Shown here piece by piece: positions 11,014-23,929 of a DNA stretch of 64,000 bases (its first letter is position 1; each line of letters opens with the position of its first letter). The DNA lies in NCBI GenBank assembly GCA_964187785.1, contig OZ076409.1, positions 59,026,001 through 59,090,000 on the forward strand. The letters are read 5' to 3'. The notes below the pieces were generated by a model, which was not told the origin of the DNA, did not search any database, and saw only the letters and a program-made list of their open reading frames with translations. The position numbers were made by a program, and so were the translations under genes. Source of the DNA: Amphiscolops sp. MND2022 (taxonomy: Eukaryota).

Positions 11014-13981
11014 TTTGCAAAATTCGTGAAATTTATTGCGAAAATCAGCAAAAAAATGAGTTTTTTGTCAATATGCACGTCTTGGAAAGGTGAAAACCAA
11101 GTAAAGACACTGATAATTTTTCAATTTCTATTGAAGATGACTACAAAATGTCTTGGCAGTAGTGTTTTGTACTACCAAGCAAAATATTAGGGTTTTTGGG
11201 CTACTCTGAAGTCTCACGTGAAAGTTCTTGAAGCTTTGCGCTTGTCAAATTTGGTCCAAAAGGTCAATATTGGCTATTCTTCAGGAAAATTTGCCAAATT
11301 TTTAGTGTTTTTGCAATTTACCCAAACAACTTTTTCTGGTCATGACTTGATAGGTCTGACCGACCGTTTTTATTGCATTCCTATTGGCCGTACCCTAATC
11401 TGAAAAATTTCGAATATTAAAAGTCACAAATACGAAAATCGAGCAATATCAGGTGTTCAGAAAACAATCATAGTACCCTGTGGGCGTTTTTCTCAGCTAG
11501 TGCTAGAAAGTACCCCTGTTAAAAAGCTTTGATAGCTGCTAAAGAAAAAAAGAACAAAGTAACTAAGATGATTCCATGATTTTATAAAATTCTCAAAGAA
11601 ACGTCCATGCATTAAAATGCAACGTCCAGTTAGCAGCGTACATCTTAGAAGTGGGACAATGCCTAGATTGCTTGAACAGGAGACCAGTGTCTTACTACAA
11701 TCTAGACATTAGTTTTTTATCCTAAAATGGTCTCCTAAGGGGACTTTTCATACGTCTAAGGAGGTTCCTCAATTAGACCGGCGATGGGCCGGCACTCGCA
11801 AACTCCGGCCACGTCCCACAAGCCTGTAAAAACGAATCCTAAGGTTCCAGAGAGTTCCTACATACTCCCGAGGTCCAAAAACACTGTCGAGCTGAAATAC
11901 ATAATTTTTGGGGAATAATGTCTAAATCCACCAAAATAGGGATCTAATAGAACCACTATCATTGCAAATTTGCCAAACAACATTACCAAGGAAGAAACAA
12001 CCAGGAAATAGCACGTTTTGAGTTCCTCATCCAGTTTCCAGAGTTTTGGGAATAAACCACTGGAGTGTCATCACTCTTTTTGGGTCATCTGAGACATTTT
12101 CTAGAGATGGATGGCACAACACAGCGTTTTGTCAGTCTCTGGCGTTCTTTTTCTGGATTCTGGATACTTTTCTGAGGTTTGGTAGGGGGGTCTTCTTGCG
12201 TTCTCATTTGCTTCTTTTTGATTTCAGGGACCTGCCAGGTCGGCCATTTTGAATCGCACACTTTTTTATTTTTCATCGATTTTTTTTATCAAGCTGGTTA
12301 TCAACTGGTTGACGTTACAAAACTTCAGTGATTCGATTTACTTTTATCAAGCTGCTGTTTATCAAAATGCATCCTAAGTTTAGCGGCAATTCTGTGCCGC
12401 AACGTTTTGCAGGTTTCATTAAGACGCCGTTCTAGTTTCGAAAGCAGCTGAGACCTTCATCAGTTTAAAACTTCAGTCACGATATAACTTTCAAAATAGC
12501 GTCATATTCAGCGCTCTATTTGACTAACGGTGATTACATAGAGTACTTATTTGAAAAACTTACGCGTGAAAACAAATGATCGCGGCGGTGAAGATGTGGA
12601 ATTAATTCTTTTCAGTTTCAGTTCAAATACTGGAGGCTTCATTGTAATCTTGCAAATTGCTTCCATGCATGATCCCAAAATTTTCCATGTTTTGTAACAA
12701 ATTAGCCTGCATGTTTTCATGCACTTGTAAAAAGTTCAAGCAATCTTGACTAGGCATAACTTTCAAACTCTATATTTAGTTGGAGTTTTTACTAAGCTAT
12801 AGATTTTTGACTTTGTTTGAATCAAGCAATGTTGCCACGGAAAATTATTATTTCTCCCCACGAAAACATGCTAAGTACCTTCGAGGGCGATTTTTCATAT
12901 TCTATGTAACTGTGTAACCACGCAAACTTCTAAACTTTATACAACAACTGCAAAGTTTTGTCAAAATTTGAATTGTTCTCCTTTTTCAATTTATGCCTTG
13001 GATTTCCTTGGTGAAAGAGCTTAAAGCTCTACGAAAACTTGCTAAAATTCACAAAAACAAAAACACAAAAAAATTGCAAGTTTTTTTCACTTTTTAATAT
13101 TCTTTTGGCTATTTTGTTGCTTTGGTAAATCAAAATTATCAAAATTTCTTCCGATTGGTATGCTTGAAAGTTATTTTTTCCTTTGATTTTTTCGATTTTT
13201 CATATCCGCGAAATCGTTCAAATCTTGTTCAAAATTTGCCGAAAGTGTGGACAACTCCTTTTTCGGGAATGTTTTATGTTTAAGGATTTCCCATTTGAAA
13301 AACGGAATGATAGCTAATTGTTTCAACGCTGAGCTTGGTGAACGATTTAATTGACGAAAACATTTGTCGGACATTGAGAGTAAGACTTTTTGTAATTTTG
13401 GAGTTTTTTGTAGCCATTTCGAGGAGTTTTAAAAAACTTTTTTCTAAAAAAACCTACTGAATAACTCAATAGCTTATTAAGTTGAGGTCAGCAGGTGTTT
13501 CAACGTTAGGACTGTGTTACAAAAATTGCAACTAAATGGTCAAAATGAACATTTTTGAAAACTTTGACTGTTTTTGGGTCAATTTGAAAAACTCCACAAA
13601 ACTCTATAATTTCGTATCATAACTATATTTGTGACAGCTGAATTCTGTATACAAAACTCTATTAATTTGGTATGAATTTGAAATGTGGCGAATGTTGAAA
13701 AAAAGCAGCAGTTCGTAATTTCCTATTCCCATATAAAAAGATGGGCGAAAACTAGTCGATTATTTGCCTCAAAATTGAATAAGTTCTAGCGGAGAAGCGA
13801 TAAATAGTCCTTGAAAATTTCGGATCACAAAAGTTTCGAATAACTTTGTCCTGTTATTCTTCTTCGTGACTAGAAAAAAGCAAGTTTTCATTTTTTCAGT
13901 TTTTTGCATCAAATTTATCCAGAAAGTGGTCGCGCCGTTACAATATTTTCGGCGCGCGTCGTAGAAAGGTATGCCTCCGCA

Positions 13982-14065
13982 TGCCCATGGACGGTGGGCT
14001 TTGATTGAGCGTTAAAAGGGTTTGCCCATGGACGGTGGGCTTTGATTGAGCGTTAAAAGGGTTAA
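13982..14065 (+). repeat. ~41 bp tandem duplication ending in a piggyBac-like right terminus (AAAAGGG|TTAA)
   Basis: TGCCCATGGACGGTGGGCTTTGATTGAGCGTTAAAAGGGTT occurs twice in tandem. The second copy ends GGGTTAA. Confidence 0.6.
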
Positions 14066-14722
14066 AGGTTTCTTTACATACACGTTATAATTGAATCACA
14101 GGGTTGAAAATAACTTTCTGCGAGATAACCCAATTGTGAGAGATTGTTTTTGGACTGACAGTTGTTTTTTTCTCACGGCTACATATTAGTAGTTTATTGT
14201 TGCATTATCGACGACAGTCGAGCAAAGTTTGGTTAATTGTCCTTGAAAATTTGAAAGCCGAAATTGACAATTAAGTGACAGCATATTTCCGAAATAGGGA
14301 AAACTGATTCATGTCATTCCGAAAAATCTCAAGGTTACTGATTCTTCTTTTCGTTCATGGGAAATGCAAGTTAGCTTCCCACACTACTTTTTACACTCGA
14401 CAGACTATGGGAAAACTCGTACAATCAACGGGAAAAAAGAAAGAATCAACTCTGCAATTTTTCTTTGCCAAAGTTAGTATCAACACTGGCGTGACAATCC
14501 CAATTGACGCCTGAATCAAACAATCCAACTTTGTCAAGTTCAACAGCTATGCGGAGTAGCGTGGCATGAAAGGAGGTGTGGGGTTTTTCGTTATTTGAAA
14601 AGTTGGTTCAGTTGGCATTTCGAGCTACCTGAAACCAACTTGATTCGAACGTTAGGACTCAACTTTTTTCTGATCGAAAGTGTCTGAGAAAAAATTTCAA
14701 TTACTAAAATCCATTCGGATGC

Positions 14723-17700
14723 AGAGCAACAAGTATTCTTCAGACGAGCTGCTTTCAGATTTTCGTTGGGATAAGTTTGCAAACCCAAGAAATCAGGTTG
14801 TCAACTTTGAAACCCGGCAGGGTTCTCACCTTATACCAAGAGGAATCATTTACGATTTTCAAAGAAACCGGTTCTTTTGCAGAAATTTTGGAACGTAGTT
14901 GTGCCTGTGATCTTTTGGCCAGTATGAAACCACATTGAAAAGCACTGTTGTTTGAAAACGATGCTGCCCCGTGTGACATTTGAAACGCATGCTTGATTAG
15001 GATTTTAAAAACTCTATTCATATTTTGGACTCCTGAACGATACAAAAACTTGATACAAAATTGTTTTGACAGAAAAACTAACTTTTTTCCTCCCATTTTG
15101 GACGTTTCAATATTACAATTGTTCGATGATTTTATCTGGTTAACAGGCTTTATCACTTCTACGACCTAAAATTTGTCTGGAGTGATAGAATTCTCTATCA
15201 GACTTGAAACCCCAGACTTGAAATGCTTAATGTCAGCTTCATATTTCAATAGATTGATTTGTGTTTTCACGTTGCTTTCGAAAGAGCAATGAAAAGTGAA
15301 TTTAATTGTTTGTCACAACCGATTTGAAGCGTTATGGTGATAACATCTAACAAATCATGCTTGTCTTCATCCGCAAAGGCCGATGGTAAACGCTTTGTAA
15401 TAAACGATGTATTGCACTGGCTACTTATTCAATTTCTTCAATCGGTTCTAATGACCACAAAATAGTGTCTTCAACGGAAACGCATATTAAACATAATATT
15501 TGATTGAAAACATTTCAATAGTTCAAAGTGTATGGTCAACTAGTTTTGAATAACAATGTGAAACAGCCCAAGAAATGTGTAAAGAACACATTGAAAAGCA
15601 CGTTTCGTGGAGAACATGAAAACTATCATCTCAACTGAATCGTCGCGAAGCCTGATAATTGAAACTCTAAACATAAATTTGAGGGCATGAGGACAATCTC
15701 TAGGACCTTAAAATGGTTGATTCAAAAAATTGTTACGACGGTTATTAATGTATGTAATACTATTACATAGCGATATGTATATCTCTCAGCTTGCAGCACT
15801 TCATTACAAGCATGTTTCATTGCTTAGATAGATTCTCAGCAACAATCGTGGAATAAAATAATTTGCGAATTTTATCCATTTAACCTTAAATTGTCTAATG
15901 AGGCAAGGCAATTACTGCCATTTCCGGTCACCTGGAAGAGTTTGGGACTTCTGAAATACATGTCCTAAAAACCAGTCAGCTGATTTTAAAATTGATCTAC
16001 AGCATCCGACGAGCAAGTCTTACGCTTTCATGGCGGAAAAACCCGTTTAAATTCGAGTTAAAGAACGTTTCTTTTCAAAAATGGCCAAATTTAGTCATTT
16101 GGGTATTTCGGACGAAACGTTATTAATTACCCGATGTGCTACGTAATGCCTTTCGGATTATCATTGAGGAATGACACTTTCAACTGCAACAAGCGACTCA
16201 TGAAATATGCTTTTTGCCTCAAAACTACAACAAAAGCGTCTGTTTTGCATTGAAAAGTCACTTTTTGACCATTTCCGGTCCAAGGATGTCATTTCCGGTG
16301 AAACTACCGTTCACTTTTGGTTGTGTGAGCGATAGATGTTTAGAAAAAACAAGGATCCCATGATGCTCCGGGCCTTCAGACTTGGTCAAATGTGCACATT
16401 TCACTTTTGCAACAAAGAAAAAGGAGGCATGATTCATATTTCCGGTGAGGGGCGATAGGTAAGTGCACAAGGTTTTTTATTCTTGAGAGGCCTTTGTCTA
16501 AAAATACTTTTAGTAATGGCTGTTAGCGCGCTCAGCCTACTCCTTCCCACCGGAAATGGGCTCTGCATCTATCCAAAAAAGTCGAAAATGGCGACCGGGA
16601 GTGACAAAAGGGCTATTTCCGGTGTGGGGCTGATGTGAGCGAAAATTGAAAAACATCAACAGCAAGCTACTTAGACCGTCTACAAATCCATACCCCACAC
16701 CTGTATCTCTAGTACCAACTCAACGCAAACTATTAGCTTGTCAAGCAAAAAATACGCAAAAAAGGCCAATTTTGGCCCTATCAGACAAAACAAGTGCAAC
16801 AAAAAACATTTTGCCAAACATAGGACTATAACCCATCCTAATCATTTCCGATTCACTCCCTACACAACAAATTGCAGCCAAATCGTACGGAAGGGATTTG
16901 AAAACTTTGGGATTTGAGGCACTTTTCCCCCGTTTTGGATTTTGGCATAAGAAAACTGGCATTACTGATCAATGACCGGCGTCAATTCGAGGGCGGAATT
17001 TTTTGAAGGCGACCGCATTGACCAGCAAGTTTCAACTTTGGGCTCAATGCAAACAAAAGAGCAACAAGTATTCTTTAGACGAGCTGCTTTCAGATTTTCG
17101 TTGGGATAAGTTTGCAAACCCAAGAAATCAGGTTGTCAACTTTGAAACCCGGCAGGGTTCTCACCTTATACCAAGAGGAATCAATTACGATTTTCAAAGA
17201 AACCGGTTCTTTTGCAGAAATTTTGGAACGTAGTTGTGCCTGTGTTCTTTTGGCCAGTATGAAGTCACATTGAAAAGCACTGTTGTTTGAAAACGATGCT
17301 GCCCCGTGTGACATTTGAAACGCATGCTTGATTCGGATTTTAAAAACTCTATTCACATTTTGGACTCCTGAACGATACAAAAACTTGATACAAAATTGTT
17401 TTGACAGAAAAACTAACTTTTTTCCTCCCATTTTGGACGTTCCAATATTACAATTATTCGATGATTTTATCTGGTAAACAGGCTTTATCACTTCTACTAC
17501 CTAAAAATTGTCTGGAGTGATAGAATTCTCTATCAGACTTGAAACCCCAGACTTGAAATGATTAATGTCAGCTTCATATTTCAATAGATTGATTTGTGTT
17601 TTCACGTTGCTTTCGAAAGAGCAATGAAAAGTGAGTTTAATTGTTTGTCACAACCGATTTGAAACGTTATGGTGATAACATCTAACAAATCATGCTTGTC

Positions 17701-18326
17701 TTTATCATGCTTTTTTTTCTTGAGAGGCCTTTCTCTAAACATACTTTTAGTAATTGCTGTTAGCGCGCTCAGCCCTCTGCGCTCAGCCCTCTAAGCGCGA
17801 GCTTAGCACTCTTTCCCACCCGAAATGGGCTCTGCATCTATCCAAAAAAGTCGAAAATGGCGACCGGGAGTGACAAAAGGGCTATTTCCGGTGTGGGGCT
17901 GATGTGAGCGAAAATTGAAAAACATCAACAGCAAGCTACTTAGACCGTCTACAAATCCATACCCCACACCTGTATCTCTAGTACCAACTCAACGCAAACT
18001 ATTAGCTTGTCAAGCAAAAAATACGCAAAAAAGGCCATTTTTGGTCCTATCAGACAAAACAAGTGCAACAAAAAACATTTTGCCAAACATAGGACTATAA
18101 CCCATCCTAATCTTTTCCGATTCACTCCCTACACAACAAATTGCAGCCAAATCGTACGGAAGGGATTTGAGAACTTTGAGATTTGAGGCACTTTTCCCCC
18201 GTTTTGGGTTTTGGCATAAGAAAACTAGTTACTGATCAATGACCGGCGTATATTCGAGGGCGGAATTTTTTGAAGGCGACCGCATTGACCAGCAAGTTTC
18301 AACTTTAGGCTCAATGCAAACAAAAG
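14723..18326 (+). repeat. Local duplication A-x-B-A'-B' (A 14723-15367 / A' 17058-17702; B ~16480-17059 / B' ~17718-18326)
   Basis: Near-identical sequence by eye. Duplicated ORF translations 14755-15156 vs 17090-17491 and 16646-16831 vs 17915-18100. Confidence 0.92.
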
Positions 18327-18936
18327 TCTGTGATTTTTCAAAGAATCAAAGAAAACTTTAAGCTCAACTTTTCATTTTAAGTTATGTCTTCTGTTTTCCT
18401 AAATAAAAAAGATTGCAATGAAACTGTTGATAAAGTTCCAAAACTGTTTTTTTTTACTGTAATAATAAGAAAAAAACAAATTTAGGTAACGCCTAAATCC
18501 GCGCGTTTCCGGTGATTGAATTCATTCATTTTTACTGTGTTTTAAAAAAAATTTTTTTCAAAGTTTGACAGTTATGTGAAACCTTTGGCATATTTTTTTC
18601 GCTATTTTTTTACTTATTAAAATGGTACTCATTGAAATGTACTGATTGAAATGTACTGATTAAGTTTTTTGATTAAATTTCATCAAAATTGCAAAAATAT
18701 TGTTGATTGAAACTTGAATGTCGTTGTAACTTCAAACTCGGTAGTATACATTTTCACCCGATTAGTTCAGCGAAAGTGATCTCTATATTGAAATTTCACA
18801 AGGTCTGGGGTATTTTCGGTGGAGAAAACGAGAGTCCCTTGATAAGTTTATCTTCCATAACGTAGATGAAAAAGAGAGATTTGATCACTGGTAAGCATGG
18901 ATGAGCGTTCGACAATTGTAGATAATCTTTCTATAA

Positions 18937-20117
18937 TTGTAAATACTTGCTAGGACAATGAGTCTTACTCATTATTCCCAAAATGAAATTTCAGCGTCGA
19001 TAAAGGCGAAACTGATTTCCAAATCCCATACCTGAAATGAAAATACATTCTCAAAAATTCGGGAAGAAATTAGAATCCCATGATCTGAGGAGTAAAGGTC
19101 CACCTCTTCCCTAAGGTCAAAGGCAGACCTTGAGTGCTTCTTTGTAAAACTTGTATTTGGCTCTTTCCAATTACTACCAAGAACTTGATCACTATTGGCC
19201 GTCCCAGTGCCGTTTTGGTCCAAAGGCAAACTCCCAATTTTGTTTTGTATTTCCGGGATAACCCTATTATTGATGCCTGAACTGATAGCCCTATTTATCT
19301 GCGTTTGCATTACCTTCATCTGTGAATCCATTTCCTGAGACAATCTAGCATTCATTTCACCGGATAGTACTTCAATAGACTCTGCAATTCCATATTGCCT
19401 AGTTGGGCCGTTTCTATTATCAATGTTTCTAATCTCGTTTTCTTGAGATGAATTTTCCTTGTTAGGTACGAACTTTGGGTCCTGATGCCTTTAGTCATTC
19501 GGGTATTTCGGACGAAACGTTATCAATTACCCGATGTGCTACGTAATGCCTTTCGGATTATGTTGTAAATACTTGCTAGGACAATGAGTCTTACTCATTA
19601 TTCCCAAAATGAAATTTCAGCGTCGATAAAGGCGAAACTGATTTCCCAATCCCATACCTGAAATGAAAATACATTCTCAAAAATTCGGGAAGAAATTAGA
19701 ATCCCATGATCTGAGGAGTAAGGTCCACCTTTTCCCTAAGGTCAAAGGCAGACCTTGAGTGCTTCTTTGTAAAACTTGTATTTGGCTCTTTCCAATTACT
19801 ACCAAGAACTTGATCACTATTGGCCGTCCCAGTGCCGTTTTGGTCCAAAGGCAAACTCCCAATTTTGTTTTGTATTTCCGGGATAACCCTATTATTGATG
19901 CCTGAACTGATAGCCCTATTTATCTGCGTTTGCATTACCCTCATCTGTGAATTCATTTCCTGAGACAATCTAGCATTCATTTCACCGGATAGTACTTCAA
20001 TAGACTCTGCAATTCCATATTGCCTAGTTGGGCCGTTTCTATTATCAATGTTTCTAATCTCGTTTTCTTGAGATGAATTTTCCTTGTTAGGTACGAACTT
20101 TGGGCCCTGATGCCTTT
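18937..20117 (+). repeat. ~555 bp tandem duplication (18937-19492 / 19563-20117) with a ~70 bp filler copied from ~16090-16161
   Basis: Both copies begin TTGTAAATACTTGCTAGGACAATG and end CTGATGCCTTT. The spacer matches TTTAGTCATTTGGGTATTTCGGACGAAACG...CGGATTAT near 16090. Confidence 0.9.
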
Positions 20118-20516
20118 CCGGTCAGTTTATGACACTGTCTCGTTCTTTCTCAATAGAATTTGAATTTCCTTCACTTAGCACAGTATCCATATTACTATAG
20201 TTGGATAGCATATCCGATTCTCTAAACCTCATTTTTTTAGCTTTCTATGTCCTAGTGAAAAGCATAAGTGAGAATACAGGTGGAAAACTTAATTGTTCCT
20301 GTATTGGTTCTTTCGAACGGGTTTGAACTATTCAAAGTTTGCAACAACAGTGTTAACAGCATCAGAGTTTGAATGATCATGAGTGACCATTCTTGGTTCT
20401 TAAACTTAATAGGGGATGACACTCAGAAAAAGGGTAATCATACTAAAAATAGCAACACTGCTAAAACTAGCAACACTTTTTCAAAATTAGAGTCACTGTT
20501 ATTCATATACGCGACA
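19710..20516 (-). mobile_element. Probable old solo-LTR relic with an internal ORF (MLFTRT*KAKK...MNARLSQEM...DLTP)
   Basis: Minus strand begins TGTCGC at 20516, like the LTRs at 39861 and 61935. A decayed ORF from ~20265 runs to CCT CAG A, compared with CAC A at the other LTR ends. No clean TSD was found. Confidence 0.5.
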
Positions 20517-23500
20517 AGGTCAAAGTGGCTAGCACCAAGGAGGTGTGACGACTACATGCAATCATGACTTGTATTATTTCCATGATGTTACATGCATTTT
20601 GAAATGAACTGCCCGGCCAACAGTCCGGTTAGGCTTTTTCATGCAATAGCACAACGGGGGTTGATGCCCAATGGAAAAGCGAGTAAAAGCACAGCCAGAT
20701 TGTTTACCAGCGGAATTTGTTCCTAGAGGGCTTTGACTTCAAGATATTATCAAATTTACATGTTACTTTCTTTGATAAATAGAGCAAGCTAAGTACTCAG
20801 CGACATGTACATTAGGACAAGCTAGGCCGATCGGCCTTATATGTCCATTCCGGTTAGTTTTATGTAGCATCATTGTAAAAAATGAATAAATGAATAAACA
20901 CTGGGCTGTGATTGGCTAATACGCCGTTGGCGGCTATGCTAGCCATACTGAACAGGCAGACATTCAAAAACCTTTCTTACCTTTCTTTTCTACCTGACAG
21001 TGTAGCTTTGCTGTCAAATATTACCTGATATAATTATACAAATCAAGATTACATATTTGAAAACCAAAGATAAAACAATCTTGAAGGCATTTGATTATAG
21101 CAGGGGAATGGTTCCCGGTAGGGCAGTATCTCTGTTTTGGTCAACTGTTTAGAGGTTGCCATCGCAGGCGGTAGCCTGCGACACATGACACCGAAACTTT
21201 TTTTTACCCTTGTTCGGATTATCTTTCTTGTAATTACCTTTCAACTTACTTGTTCGAAATTCTTAGAAAAAGGAAAATTAATGAATTTCATTTTTGTTGT
21301 GAATTATCCATCTCAAAGTTAGTTTATTGGTTCAGCGGGTTCACTTTTCGTGGATTTTTTTCCCGTTATTTACCCCCTCACAGTAAGCGTGGAAAATTTA
21401 GTTTCCCTCCCGTTTCACGCAATCGAAATGAGTTGCTGTCACTGGTAAAAAATACTGAAATCTGATTATTTGTTACTACTAACATAGTGAAAATTTCATT
21501 TGACCGCCTAGCTGGGGGACTGAAATTGGAGGGCGTGGAATTAACAGAAAAGATCCCTCTTGGGAAAAAAGCAATAAGTTTTAAAATTATTTCTCCTTTT
21601 TCCGCCAATTGATGTCTTCATGGATTGCGCTATGGAAGTGAAAATCAATCTTGGAGTTTTGAAGGAATTAATCTAATTTGTTGTCAACTTTGATACCTCT
21701 GCCAAGTTAGTGACCATTAATTTATAAAACCAATAGAGCATTTTTAATGAATATGCAAAAAGAAGCTTTCTGAGTGTAAACTGTCGCTACTCTAAATTGT
21801 AGGTTTATTTAGTTCTTCTATGAAAAACCGACGTGGTTATCATAGTTGTTATACATATACAAATTATGGTACCATCTGAAAGTGAAAAGCTTTGTATTTG
21901 CTATTTTCAACAGAATTTCTTTCCAATTATACTGGTTGAATTCTTAAGCGTATTTGCAGAGGAATTGGTGTTTAGTTTCCAACACTTTTGCTAAAACACC
22001 CTGAAGCACCAGTGAAACTCCTAGGTGTTCCAAAATGTTTATTTTTGTCCCATAAATCTGCAAAAAATGATTTTCTGTAATCGTATTTCTAGAGGTAATT
22101 AGTAATTTCAAGTAGAAGATAAATAAATAAACCCGATGAGTTGCAAGAGGGTTAGTTTCATGCTTCTCTTCAATTTCCGTTTAAGTTTTGGATATTTCGG
22201 GAAAAACCTGTAATATCTTTTCGAAGTTAACGTAGTACAAATAAGACAGTTTTAAAAAGTATTTACTAAAATTCGAAAAAAAACTCAAACTGGGGAAGAG
22301 AATAAGAAGCATCTCACAGTAAGCACATATAGCATTAGCCAGAACGTATTTTTTCTTGGGTATTTTCTTGAATATCTATTTCACAGAGGTGCAGTTTAAG
22401 GCCTTTTGCAGTATTGTTCTTTGCTTAAAAAAGGTTGCCTCAGTTGAAGAAGTTTTAAGATTATTCTAATTGGCGCACATGGGTATGCGGATTCATCCCT
22501 GAGGGAGTCCATCATGGCGTCGATTTGTCAATTCGATTCTTCAATTTTTAGTGACTTTTCCCAATTAGGGGTAACTTCCTGTCTACGTTGCTTCAATGTC
22601 ATAATCAACACCTTCTTGACATTTCCCATTGTTCGCGAAAAAAATTTTAATATGAAATTGAAGTCAAAACTCTGCTTTCAATTTATTCTCTAAATCGAAT
22701 GCAGAAAACTTGAAACACGTATGACTGGAAGATAACAATTTCAATGACATTAATTGGGTCAAAGAAATTTGAGCCCCCGTTTTCTTACGGTTTGACTCTA
22801 AACGTCAAAATGTAACATGCAATTAACATTCGTAATGCGTACGGGATAGCTGGCTAGTTAGTTGTCGAGCTCTCTAGATGTTGCCAGTTTTGGTAATGTT
22901 CGAAGTCTGTGGTTTGAAAATTGCCTCAAAATCAAAAGTTGGAAAATTTTGTAGTTTTTAGGTACTTTTGCGTCATTTAGAAACACATTCTTCAACAAAT
23001 TTTTAGGTTTTTTCTTCAAAAGACGTCCAGCTGGTGTTTTTGGCTTGGAACGTTTTGGTCTTTTTAGCTCTCGAAAACATTTAAACACTGTATAAATATT
23101 GCATAAAAACTTGAAAAATAGAATATGGGACCATATCATCTATCCCCCCCCACCATAATGTCAAAAATTTATGGCATTTTTTTAAACTGACGTGTCCAAA
23201 CAGTTTTGGAGACAATCCTCTAAGTATATACATTCATATAATATTCTCTTATTAGTGAAATATTTTTATTCAAGAACAAAATGTGCTTTCGAGTTGAGGG
23301 TTTAATTCCCAACAAACTGTACCTGGGGTAGATGACATGGTCCGGAATATGGGTTTACATAAGCTTAGGATGCAATTTTTCCACTATTTTGATGGCATTC
23401 CGAGGTGATTTTGGGATGAGAAGAATCTTCAGTGTGGCTAAAATACTTTAACACATTAAAAGTGGTAACGGAATGACTGATCGAGACGTCTAGACTGTTT

Positions 23501-23706
23501 CTGATGGTTTGAACCATCCTTAATTGAAGACCTCCAATGAAAATGATTGACGAAAACTGCGAAAGATTTTTGGTGTCTTATTTACAAAAAGTGCGCCTTC
23601 TGTTTTTGGTTCAACTACGATTGTAGTAGTCTAAAAATTTGAGATGAAACCTGAACAGAGTTCAACTAAGAAGAAAACATATAAAATATGGTACGTTGTT
23701 TTCCAG

Positions 23707-23830
23707 TGACAGTTGCACCTCCCGCCCACGTGATCAATCAGAGACGGAGAGTGACTCGAATGGTGACTATCATCACCATCTTCTTTCTCATCCTCTGGTG
23801 TCCCGTTCACACCATCAACCTCTACTTCAG
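23707..23830 (+). CDS. Internal exon of a class A peptide GPCR: end of ICL3 and TM6 (galanin/allatostatin-A/kisspeptin-receptor-like)
   Basis: TTTTCCAG acceptor and AG|GTTAAT donor. Encodes TVAPPAHVINQRRRVTRMVTIITIFFLILWCPVHTINLYF(R), with the basic TM6 entry and an FxxxWxP motif. It ends in phase 2, which matches the exon at 46310. Confidence 0.88.
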
Positions 23831-23929
23831 GTTAATTGCATAACACAGCTACACCATTTCATAACTAAACGTGATATTACGCAATAAACCAGACGACCAA
23901 AGCTAATGTGTACGCAAGATCTTAAAATC

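Noticed and set aside
14755..17491. Duplicated 133 aa ORFs as a gene pair
   Set aside because: They have non-ATG starts and no recognisable domain, and their identity is explained by the recent DNA duplication.
23696..23887. His-rich 63 aa ORF from the ORF track
   Set aside because: It is an alternative frame over the GPCR TM6 exon.
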